From: Candidatus Saccharimonadota bacterium
GTDB taxonomy: Bacteria; Pseudomonadota; Alphaproteobacteria; CAJXXZ01; 1604HC
DNA: 32,000 nt
Assembly: GCF_008189285.1 (NCBI RefSeq)
Contig: NZ_CP043315.1
Span: forward strand, 300,001-332,000
Direction: 5' to 3'
The notes beneath the pieces are model-generated. The model searched no databases. It was not told the DNA's origin and saw nothing but the letters and a program-made list of their open reading frames with translations. Positions within the stretch are counted from its first letter, which is position 1. Each line of letters starts with the position of its first letter. This document shows positions 1-8,712 of the stretch, one piece after another. The position numbers and the translations under genes were made by a program.

Positions 1-629
1 TTAGTATTAATTCTCTCATTTGTCATTACATTAGGAGCAAGTATCTCGTCTGACATGGCATACAAGTTTGTTGTTTTGCTTATAATGCCACAACTCAAAG
101 GAGCGAGCTTCTTGTCAGCTCCATAAGTGTAACCAGCTCTAGCTGACAATTTTAATTTCGTTTGTCTGAAATAATTTTTCACATATAAGCTTGCTTGACT
201 TACAGAAAACTTCTCAGGATTTGCTTTAATGGCAAATTGAACACCAATTTTCATATTTCCTGTTATTTTTTGCAAAGCAATACCTATTTTTGCATTAGAA
301 AATTTTAGATTATCAAATGGATCTTTGATTTTTGATTTTTTATCTTTAGGTGACCAATTTTTTTTATCACCTTCAGACCAAACAATTTGATCTTGATCTG
401 AAAATAAATGAGTTGATAAAATTTCTACATTTCCAGCAATATTGAAAGGGGCTTTACCTCTGTAATCATATATATCGCTTTCATGAAATGGAGATTCTTC
501 ATTTGAATTTGAGTTATTACTCTCTTTCTTTGAAGTATTGCTTTGTGATTTAGGAGTTTTTTGATTGCTCTTATCAATGCTTTTTTCTGCATTTACACAT
601 GCAATAGCTAATAATAAATAAACTAACAT
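1..629 (-). CDS. Putative outer-membrane beta-barrel (porin-like) protein, N-terminal part; the C-terminus lies beyond the window start
   Basis: Absent from the ORF track because it is open at the window edge. My minus-strand translation from the ATG at 629 is stop-free down to position 3: MLVYLLLAIACVNAEKSIDKSNQKTPKSQSNTSKKE...FNIAGNVEILSTHLF...KIGIALQKITGNMKIGVQFAIKANPEKFSVSQASLYVKNYFRQTKLKLSARAGYTYGAD... It has a signal-peptide-like N-terminus, a low-complexity linker, then alternating hydrophobic/polar stretches. The family assignment is a guess. Confidence 0.5.
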   Translation of the reverse strand, partial: MLVYLLLAIACVNAEKSIDKSNQKTPKSQSNTSKKESNNSNSNEESPFHESDIYDYRGKAPFNIAGNVEILSTHLFSDQDQIVWSEGDKKNWSPKDKKSKIKDPFDNLKFSNAKIGIALQKITGNMKIGVQFAIKANPEKFSVSQASLYVKNYFRQTKLKLSARAGYTYGADKKLAPLSCGIISKTTNLYAMSDEILAPNVMTNERINT

Positions 630-739
630 AGAGAAATTATATATTAATTGTTAATTATTTTCTATATCAATAATTTATATGCAAAACTATATAATAACTG
701 TTGCATTATTTTCTTTATTTTAATAAGTCTACAATAGAT

Positions 740-1009
740 CTAATTTTGATGCATTAAGTGAATTGGAGTTCTTGATGATTGAGTTCTGCCCAAAATCACT
801 TTTTCTCTGTTGTAATGTTTTTTGAATTTTGCATGATTTTTACATTTTTTATTGCGAAGTTTTTTGTATTTGCTTTTTACAATTTGCTTGTGTTTTGTAA
901 TATAAAATTTATTTCCATCTAAAGTCATTGTTTTTTCCTCACAAATATTTATGAAAGTTTTTGCATTTATCATAGATAGAGACAAAAGCATTAAAAATAA
1001 TCTATTCAT
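740..1009 (-). CDS. Hypothetical small Lys-rich secreted protein (89 aa)
   Basis: ORF-track ORF with a hydrophobic N-terminus (MNRLFLMLLSLSMINA) followed by a very basic K-rich body. No recognisable family. It sits alone in an otherwise empty gap between the porin-like gene and rnhB. Confidence 0.35.
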   Translation of the reverse strand: MNRLFLMLLSLSMINAKTFINICEEKTMTLDGNKFYITKHKQIVKSKYKKLRNKKCKNHAKFKKHYNREKVILGRTQSSRTPIHLMHQN

Positions 1010-1128
1010 TTTTAATTCTCCTTTGGGAATAGTTTATTTATATTATTTTAATATTATATTTAATTTATTCATGCAAATCATGTAATTTTAAGATAAGATT
1101 CATTAAATTTAAAAATTTATTGATAAAA

Positions 1129-1749
1129 TTATCTAGAATCTGAAAATTTCCTTAAGGGTTTGTAGCTTTTTCTATGAAATTTCGTAATTCCAAATTCGTT
1201 AATTGCGTCAATATGATTTTTAGTTCCATATCCAACATTAGATTCCCAAGAATATTTACAGTAAAATTGACCCAATTGCTTCATATAAAAATCTCTCGAT
1301 TCCTTAGCAATTATAGAAGCGTATGAAATCATAAGATTATTTTTATCGCCATTCACTAAACTGATAACATTGTGAATAGTTTTAGGAATATATTTCCCAT
1401 CAAGCAAAATATTCATTTTATTTACATTTTTGCTGCTTAATTGCGAGTTTTTATTTAATTTATTATATTTATTTTTAAGCATATTCCATGATTTTCTTAT
1501 TGCATCATCAGTAGCAACTCGCAATCCAAATTTGTCTATATCATGAGCATGAGACCAAGATAAGGCAAAGTCATATTTATTTCTGATTTTATGAAATGTA
1601 TTATTTCGCATATTTTTTGTTAACGATTTAGAGTCTCTCACTTCATAATTGTCTATTTTTTCATATAGAATACTACACACCACAACTGGACCAGCCCATG
1701 ATCCATATCCAACCTCATCTGTATAAATGCAATATTCTTTCAACGGCAT
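1129..1749 (-). CDS. rnhB: Ribonuclease HII
   Basis: The N-terminal TDEVGYGSWAGPVVVCSIL matches the RNase HII GxDEAGRGPLAGPVV motif. RDSKSLT matches DSKKL. Size is 206 aa. Confidence 0.8.
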   Translation of the reverse strand: MPLKEYCIYTDEVGYGSWAGPVVVCSILYEKIDNYEVRDSKSLTKNMRNNTFHKIRNKYDFALSWSHAHDIDKFGLRVATDDAIRKSWNMLKNKYNKLNKNSQLSSKNVNKMNILLDGKYIPKTIHNVISLVNGDKNNLMISYASIIAKESRDFYMKQLGQFYCKYSWESNVGYGTKNHIDAINEFGITKFHRKSYKPLRKFSDSR

Positions 1750-1779
1750 TTTATTTAAAAAAAATCCTGTTCAATTAAA

Positions 1780-3219
1780 TTAACTATTCATCATTCTAAA
1801 GAAATGATCATTATCTTTGCTATTATGGATCTTATCCAATAAGAATTCCAAAGCTTCAACTGTATTCATTTCTGAAATAATTCTTCTGATTAGCCAAATT
1901 TTTGACAATTCCCCTTCATTTCTCAGCAATTCTTCTTTTCTTGTTCCTGACTTAAGTATATCCAATGCTGGGAAGATTCTTTTGTCTGCTGCTTTTCTGT
2001 CTAATATTATATCTGCATTACCAGTTCCTTTGAATTCTTCAAATATAACTTCATCCATTCTAGATCCAGTGTCCACTAATGCAGTAGCGATAATCGTTAA
2101 TGACCCACCTTCTTCAATATTTCTAGCTGCTCCAAAGAATTTTTTTGGATATTGTAAAGCATGGGCATCAACTCCACCAGTTAAAACTTTACCAGAAGAG
2201 GGGATAACATTATTGTAGGCTCTAGCTAAACGAGTAATGGAATCCATCAAAATTACGACATCCTTCCCATCCTCAACCATCCTTTTGGCTTTTTCTATCA
2301 CAACTTCAGAAACCTTAACATGTCTTGTTGCTGGCTCATCAAATGTTGAGCTAATTACTTCTCCATGAACCGATCTTTTCATGTCAGTGACTTCTTCTGG
2401 TCTTTCTCCAATTAACAGCACCATCAACTCTACATCTTTATGGTTTTGATGAATTGCATTTGCGATATCTTGCAATAAAATTGTTTTTCCAGTTCTTGGA
2501 GGCGCTACAATAAGAGCTCTTTGACCAAATCCAATTGGGGTTATACAGTCTAAAGTTCTTAAGCTAAGATTTTTTCTATCTTCAGTTTCAAGTTTCATTT
2601 TTCTATCTGGATATAAAGCAGTTAAAGACTCAAATGACAGCCTTCCTAATATGCGTTTAGCAGGTTTGCTATTAATAGAAATTATTCTTTTTACAGAATA
2701 ATTTTTGTTGTTTTCTGGAATTTTGATATTAACTTCAAGTGAATCTCCAGGTTTTAAGTTGAATCTAGAGATAAATTGTTGATGAACATGTATGTCATCA
2801 TCAGAAAAAGTATAATCTTCTGATGCAAACCTTATAAATCCATACCCATCATTTATAACTTCAAGAGTTCCTTCAGCTTTAATGTCATTTCCAAGAACAG
2901 AATACTCTTTTAATATTTCTAGCAATAAATCTTTATTTTTTATTTCATCTAAGTTCAAATTAAGAGATTCAGCAATTCTTACTAATTCAGTATTTTTTCT
3001 TTCTCTCAATTTGCATAAGTCTATATAAGGTCTAGATGGAGAGTAATTTTCATCACATTCAAAATTATTGTTGTTATCTTTGGCGTTATTTAAATTAACG
3101 CTTTTTTTAGTATTAGTTTTCTTAATTTCAGAAGAATTTATAACTCTTCTTTTTTTCGGCTTTTCTAAACCACAATCTTTTTGAACTATTTTATTTTCTT
3201 CTTCAGATGAAGTATTCAT
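1780..3219 (-). CDS. rho: Transcription termination factor Rho, with an N-terminal K/N-rich extension of about 66 aa
   Basis: Contains the RNA-binding GTLEVINDGYGFIR region and a Walker A (APPRTGKTILLQDIA). The C-terminal part (FGAARNIEEGGSLTIIATALVDTGSRMDEVIFEEFKGTGN, DRKAADKRIFPALDILKSGTRKEELL) is essentially invariant among Rho proteins. Confidence 0.95.
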   Translation of the reverse strand: MNTSSEEENKIVQKDCGLEKPKKRRVINSSEIKKTNTKKSVNLNNAKDNNNNFECDENYSPSRPYIDLCKLRERKNTELVRIAESLNLNLDEIKNKDLLLEILKEYSVLGNDIKAEGTLEVINDGYGFIRFASEDYTFSDDDIHVHQQFISRFNLKPGDSLEVNIKIPENNKNYSVKRIISINSKPAKRILGRLSFESLTALYPDRKMKLETEDRKNLSLRTLDCITPIGFGQRALIVAPPRTGKTILLQDIANAIHQNHKDVELMVLLIGERPEEVTDMKRSVHGEVISSTFDEPATRHVKVSEVVIEKAKRMVEDGKDVVILMDSITRLARAYNNVIPSSGKVLTGGVDAHALQYPKKFFGAARNIEEGGSLTIIATALVDTGSRMDEVIFEEFKGTGNADIILDRKAADKRIFPALDILKSGTRKEELLRNEGELSKIWLIRRIISEMNTVEALEFLLDKIHNSKDNDHFFRMMNS

Positions 3220-3252
3220 AATGAAATTTTCTCCTAGATAAACAAATCATAA

Positions 3253-3280
3253 TTGACAAATATCAAAATGTCTATATAAA
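3253..3280 (+). promoter_or_regulatory. Candidate sigma70-type promoter for the SurA-like/rsmA pair
   Basis: TTGACA at 3253-3258, a 16-nt spacer, then TATAAA at 3275-3280, about 43 nt upstream of the ATG at 3323. AT-rich DNA generates many -10-like hexamers, so this is tentative. Confidence 0.35.
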
Positions 3281-3322
3281 AATCATATTTTCAAATTAGC
3301 AAATAAGTAGGATAATACATAA

Positions 3323-4123
3323 ATGGCATATAGTTTAAACTTAAATTTGCACAACATTATAGGAGGATTTTTTCTACTTTTCTTATCTTGTCATGCAGAT
3401 ATAAAAATTGGAAACAAAATTTTCACTAAAATTCAATTAGAAGAAATAGAAAAATTTCTTAATTCTTCACAAATTCAATCGACTTATCAACTTAAATTTA
3501 ACAAACCTGAAGAGTATATTTTTGATTTAGAAATTCTTAAATTGATTGCTAAGAGGGCTAAATTGCAAATGGGTCAAGATCATGAAAATTATATGAATTA
3601 TATAATGAATACCCTTCCAAAGCATCCAGAATCTAAGAATTTAGCGTTATATTTAACATTATCTGCTCAAATCCAAAGCCATGCCAATTATAATAAAATG
3701 AATGCAAATCACAAAATAATTCAAAGAATAAGAAATAATCTTATAAGAGGGTTTGTGATATGGAAGATTGCTAATAAAGATAAATCAAAAGCAGAAAAAA
3801 TCAAAAATGAGTTGGAAACTTCACATACAAATGAATATAAATCAATAGCGTTGTCATCAGATCATTTTGTTGAGTATAAAAGCGCTGTAATGTCTTTTCA
3901 ATTAAGTGAAAATGCATTGAAGGTTATTAAAAGAACGATCAAAGGAAACTTCTCTGATATTATATTCGAAAACGGAGAATATACATTCTTTTATTTGATA
4001 AATACAACTACAATTGATGAGTCTGATTATATTGACGCAACAAAGCAAAAATACAAAGAAGACTTTCTTCAAAATCAAATGAGATCGCACAGGAAATTTG
4101 TTTCAATGGAATTAATAGAATAG
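3323..4123 (+). CDS. Putative periplasmic SurA-like chaperone (no clear parvulin signature seen)
   Basis: Signal-peptide-like N-terminus (IIGGFFLLFLSCHA). It lies immediately upstream of rsmA/ksgA with a 2-nt gap, the position surA occupies in many proteobacteria. The product call rests on synteny plus weak N-terminal resemblance only. Confidence 0.4.
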   Translation: MAYSLNLNLHNIIGGFFLLFLSCHADIKIGNKIFTKIQLEEIEKFLNSSQIQSTYQLKFNKPEEYIFDLEILKLIAKRAKLQMGQDHENYMNYIMNTLPKHPESKNLALYLTLSAQIQSHANYNKMNANHKIIQRIRNNLIRGFVIWKIANKDKSKAEKIKNELETSHTNEYKSIALSSDHFVEYKSAVMSFQLSENALKVIKRTIKGNFSDIIFENGEYTFFYLINTTTIDESDYIDATKQKYKEDFLQNQMRSHRKFVSMELIE

Positions 4124-4125
4124 AA

Positions 4126-5100
4126 ATGATTAGCAAAAGAAGCGGGGCTTTCTCATCTCAAAAAATACATACAAAGAAAAATTTGGGGCAACATTATTTA
4201 GTTGATGTAAAAAAATTGTCTTTTATGGAAAATTTTATATCTAATATAAATAATCATGTTATTGAAGTAGGGCCTGGAACAGGTCAATTAACTAAATATA
4301 TTATTAAGAATTGCGCAAAACTTTTAGCTATAGAAAAAGATATTAGATTTATTAGTCACTTAAATAACTTATTTGCAAAAGAAAAATTTCATAACAATGC
4401 TGAAAATAATTGCATAAACTATGATTCAGAAGATGGAAAAAATGACTCAGAGAACTTTAAAGATGCAAGAAAATTAACAGAAAATGCAAAAGAAGATATA
4501 GAGTTGTTTAAATCAAGTGAAGAGAAATTTAAAGTAATTAATTGTGATATTTTAGAGATAGATTTTAATAGTTTGCCAGATTATATTTTAGTAGGAAATT
4601 TGCCATATAATATTTCTGCCTTAATAATTGCAAAATTTATTAGATGTATAAATAAATTCAAGCATGGAGTTTTTCTTATACAAAAAGAAGTTGCAGATAA
4701 AATTTGTGCAAAATGTTGCGATAGAGATTATGGTAGAATTTCAGCTTTTGTGCAAAGTGTTGCAAAGGCAAAAAAAATACTTAATGTTCCTCCTGGATGC
4801 TTTGCTCCTCCACCTAAGGTGAATTCTGAAGTAATTCATTTGGAGATATTGGATGATTTTGCAGAAAGTGATTTAATGAATTTAGATAATCTTGATACTA
4901 TTCTTAGAGCTGCATTTTCAAGTCCACGTAAAACAATTCAAAACAATTTATCATCTGCTTTCCCTCATCTTGTAGAGAAATTCTCAGATATAATAATTCA
5001 AAATAATTTAAATATGAAAATGAGGCCAAATCAAGTTTCTGTGAGCGTTTATCAAAAAATGGCAAATATTTTCAAAGAAGAAGAAAATGACAAAAAATAA
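4126..5100 (+). CDS. rsmA: 16S rRNA (adenine1518/1519-N6)-dimethyltransferase RsmA/KsgA, with an internal low-complexity insertion of about 50 aa
   Basis: KKNLGQHYLVD matches the KsgA GQNFL motif. VIEVGPGTGQLT is the SAM-binding GxGxG. GNLPYNIS is the catalytic NLPY motif. FxPPPKVNSEVI matches the conserved PPPKVxS. Confidence 0.9.
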   Translation: MISKRSGAFSSQKIHTKKNLGQHYLVDVKKLSFMENFISNINNHVIEVGPGTGQLTKYIIKNCAKLLAIEKDIRFISHLNNLFAKEKFHNNAENNCINYDSEDGKNDSENFKDARKLTENAKEDIELFKSSEEKFKVINCDILEIDFNSLPDYILVGNLPYNISALIIAKFIRCINKFKHGVFLIQKEVADKICAKCCDRDYGRISAFVQSVAKAKKILNVPPGCFAPPPKVNSEVIHLEILDDFAESDLMNLDNLDTILRAAFSSPRKTIQNNLSSAFPHLVEKFSDIIIQNNLNMKMRPNQVSVSVYQKMANIFKEEENDKK

Positions 5101-5706
5101 CTGAAACCTAAGTCTAAATCATTTGAGCTTTATTAATATTATTGGTTATATAAGTCTATTTATTTGATTTTTAATTCTAACTCTTAAGTAATTTTATAGA
5201 ATATTTAAATAGAATTTTATTGATTAATTGAAAGTAGAGTATGATTGTAAAATTAAATATGATGAGAAGCTAACAAATTTGTGAGAAAATTACAGTGATT
5301 TTAGGAGTAATAAATATCATAAATTATCAATAATTCCATCTTTATCAGATGAAGTTAAACTTATTAAAGAGGGGGGTATTGTATGGAAAACTCCCTACTA
5401 AAATATAATCTGGCAAATTATTAAAATCTATCTTCAAATTTTTTATGAAAATAAATTGAGAGCAATTCTATTAGAAAAAAAGAAGCAATTAAAGTGGGAT
5501 ATATAAATAATTTATAGAAAAGCAAAGCTAATAATAAAAGATAGAATTGTCAAATCTTCCTTAAATCATATTGACGCTTTAAAGCTTCATTCATTCTTAA
5601 AACATTTTATAAAATTGATGCTTTAGAAAACTATCTATCTCTAAAAAATTTGCAAACACGATCTATCGAAATGCTTTGCAAATCTTATAAAATGAATTTT
5701 AAGCGC

Positions 5707-7140
5707 TTAGTTATTTTTAATAATAATTTGAATGGTTTTATTTTTCCTGATAATAGAAAGAGCCAATGAAGACTTCTTTTTATCTTTCAACAATCCATAT
5801 TCACTATGCAAAGAAAGTATGCTTGCTGGGCGATTGTCAATAAATCTAATTATATCTCCTTTTTTAAATTGAGAAGTGTCATTGTTTACATCCACAACCA
5901 TAACTCCCAATTCATAAGCAGAATTGTTTGCGCTTTTACTGAGAGAAATAGATTTTAGAGCAATTTCCTTTAATTCTTCAGATAAAGATCTAATATTTTG
6001 CGCATATATTTCATTTCTACCTTTGTCTAATTTGCTAAAAAACACATAAGCATCTAATTTTGTATTGTATCCAGTTATATTTTCAATAATATTTACCTTC
6101 TCAGAAACAACAAATTTTGCAGAGTAATCCGATTGATCTCCATTTGGGCCAGATGCTACAAAATTAATTTCCACGATATCATCAGGAACATATTTTTCTA
6201 AATTTTGAAAATTTGGATCATTTTCAACTGTTGTATTCCCTATTTTTTTAACTTTAAGTCCTTCAATTAAATTAATTGCATTAACAGGGCTATCTTTCTC
6301 AACTAAATCAATGATTCCATTGTGCACACTTAATCCATGATATCCTTTGATAACTCTTCCATATTTTATGATTTGATTGGTAAATTTTCTTAGAATATCA
6401 AGAGAAATTACTCTGCTTTGATATTTATTTTCACTTTCATTGCTTATAATCATTCCAAGAATTTTCCCATTTTTGCTTGATACAATTCCTCCATGTGAAT
6501 ATTTAGGCAAAGATCTATCTATAACAAAAAATTCATTTTCATTTTTAGAAATAATTGAGCTAAATAAATCTTGAAAAGTAAAAATCATCACATCGCTCCC
6601 AACAATTCTTTTAGAAGTATTTTTAACATAATTAGATTTAAAAATATCTTTAGTCTGAAGTTTGCATTCATGTTGGGAGTTGTTTTTGTCAATTTCAAAA
6701 ACAGCTATAGATGCATCTTGATCATGTCCAACAAGAGTTAGAGAAATTTTTTCTTGATTACACAGCAAAAAAACTTCCTTTTTATTTTTAATATTTTTGA
6801 AATCAGTGATTAAATGATTGCCCATTATAATTCCAGAAAAATAACTGTCTTTAGAAATATTTACAATTGTTTGTTTTTTCATTGGATCATTTTTAGAAGC
6901 ATCGTATTCATTTGGATAATAATTAGATCTAGCAACAATATGAGCCACATAATCAGAAATAATTCCATCTTTTTTTGGCAAATTATCTGGTTTTGCAATG
7001 CTTATTTTCTGTTCTACCTTTTTGGGTTTAGAGTTATTAGAATTCGCATGTATAGACGCAAACGCAATAGTTAAAAATATTTTCCCGTACATGAACAAAT
7101 AATAACATACATGAAATAAATTGACATATAAACTGAGCAT
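5707..7140 (-). CDS. HtrA/DegP-family periplasmic protease homologue (PDZ-containing); the catalytic Ser position appears substituted
   Basis: The track ORF is 477 aa. The more likely start is M17 (ATG at 7092), giving the signal peptide [16 protein letters not shown]. Trypsin-fold landmarks are [12 protein letters not shown] (His), DASIAVFEI (Asp) and [25 protein letters not shown], which aligns to the DegP segment [38 protein letters not shown] resembles the start of the first PDZ domain. Confidence 0.75.
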   Translation of the reverse strand: [477 protein letters not shown]

Positions 7141-7644
7141 TTTAGAAAATCTTGTTTTCCATCATATAATTCCAATTTATCTAACAAATTTTGTTGAAAC
7201 TATATTTTAATTTTGAGCATTGTTTTTTGATCTATGACATACGTATATTAATTTAGTTTTTTTGTGAAATTATATACTATATGCAATTTTGCAGTTTAAA
7301 TGCTTATGCACAAGGGAATATTATTTATGCAAAACTTTAATATTTTTTTACTCAAAATTCTTTTGTCCAAAATTTAAAACTCCTCCAATATTTCTTTTAA
7401 ACTCTCTAAGATTGTTTGATTATATCACATAATGGATATTATGTTAAATGAATCTTCAATCCGAAATAATTCAACAACTCAATAAAATGGCTATGATTTG
7501 CAATAATAAATATATATATATAAATAATTGCAATTAAATATAAATAAGTAACTGCAATTTATAATAAACAATAATAAAATTATATTATTTATATAATTTA
7601 ATAAAAATTTCAATTTCAAAGTAATTCACAAAATATTAACATCA

Positions 7645-7704
7645 ATATCAAGCAAAAATATAAAAATAGAAATTATGTAAAATATATATCAAGCAAAAAT
7701 ATAA
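7645..7704. repeat. Two perfect 19-nt direct repeats (atatcaagcaaaaatataa) 41 nt apart
   Basis: Copies at 7645-7663 and 7686-7704, read directly from the sequence. They lie inside the roughly 825-bp AT-rich spacer between the htrA-like gene and tRNA-Lys. Confidence 0.85.
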
Positions 7705-7964
7705 TAAACTGAATTAGTAAGAATTGCCGAACCCCTTAACAATATAAATGAAATTTCTCACTCTAATAAAAATAGTTGGAAGAACAATAGCTGCAATTAT
7801 GCATTTGATAAAATATATGCTTTAAAAAGATGCTTGAATAACAAATAGAAGAATTTTTTAATTATTTAAATTTAAAAAATAAAATAATAAAATTTTAAAC
7901 AAAAAGCATGTCTATTAAATAAATTAAAATATTAAATGATAAATTAAATTAATTTTCTGAGAAG

Positions 7965-8037
7965 CAGGCGCTATAGGGTTCGAACCTATGACACCTTGAT
8001 TAAAAGTCAAGTGCTCTACCAACTGAGCTAAGCGCCC
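7965..8037 (-). tRNA. tRNA-Lys (anticodon UUU)
   Basis: Manual cloverleaf of GGGCGCT-TA-GCTC-AGTTGGTA-GAGC-A-CTTGA-CTTTTAA-TCAAG-GTGTC-ATAGG-TTCGAAC-CCTAT-AGCGCCT-G. The anticodon loop is CT-TTT-AA. Pair 1:72 is G-U. CCA is not encoded. Confidence 0.9.
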
Positions 8038-8124
8038 TCTAGATCTTTATTATGTGTGCTTTTAAATATTGAGTCAATAGTCTTTTTATTCGATTTTTTG
8101 TTCAATATGATATATGATGTTTTT

Positions 8125-8712
8125 ATGAATCAAAAAGTTAGTGTAGCAGATATAAAACCAGGAAATATTGTTGTTTATAAAGATAAATTGTTCAAAGTCA
8201 GAAAAACTGAGCATGTAAAGCCAGGAAAAGGCGGAGCATTTATTAAAGCAGAATTGAAAGGCGTAGACTCTGAAACAAAAATAAATGAAAGATTTCGTGC
8301 AGAAGAATATATTGAAAAAGCGATTTTAGAAGAAAAACAAGCAAAATTTCTTTATGAATCAAATGGAGAATGTTGCTTTATGTTTATGGATGATTTTGAG
8401 CAATTTGAAATTCAAAAAAGCGATTTTGAGCCCATTTCTCACTTTTTGTCTGATGGAATAGAAATTAAAGCTATGATGTATGAAGATGACAAAGGAAGCA
8501 GAGTGATTAGTTTTGATTTTGCAAATCCCGTTGTTATGGAAATAATAGAAGCTGACCCAGCAATAAAAGGACAAACAGCAGCATCTTCTTATAAGAATGC
8601 AGTATTAGAAAATGGAATGAAAATTCTTGTTCCAACATATATTGATCAAGGTGATAAAGTTGTAGTTGATCCTTCTAGTTGCTCATATGTAGAAAGATAT
8701 AAAAACAAATGA
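8125..8712 (+). CDS. efp: Translation elongation factor P
   Basis: The track ORF starts at 8056, but the homologous start is the ATG at 8125 (MNQKVSVADIKPGNIVVYKDKLFKV). The conserved loop is VKPGKGGAF, i.e. the Lys-type modification site. Size from 8125 is 195 aa. Confidence 0.9.
   Translation: MNQKVSVADIKPGNIVVYKDKLFKVRKTEHVKPGKGGAFIKAELKGVDSETKINERFRAEEYIEKAILEEKQAKFLYESNGECCFMFMDDFEQFEIQKSDFEPISHFLSDGIEIKAMMYEDDKGSRVISFDFANPVVMEIIEADPAIKGQTAASSYKNAVLENGMKILVPTYIDQGDKVVVDPSSCSYVERYKNK

Noticed and set aside
1817-2218. Long antisense ORFs opposite rho (1817-2218), clpX (20538-20927), tig (23429-23881), proS (25660-26112) and atpB (31464-31841), plus many 60-90 aa ORFs inside other genes
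   Set aside because: Each lies wholly inside a confidently identified conserved gene on the other strand. Their translations are low-complexity S/F/L/I-rich with no motifs. These are typical shadow ORFs.
8709-8712. Alternative genetic code (TGA read as Trp), as in some AT-rich reduced genomes
   Set aside because: All conserved genes are full length under the standard code. TGA acts as a genuine stop: the efp stop in the ATGA overlap, the parA/parB ATGA overlap and the LRR ORF stop. No conserved protein is interrupted by an in-frame TGA.
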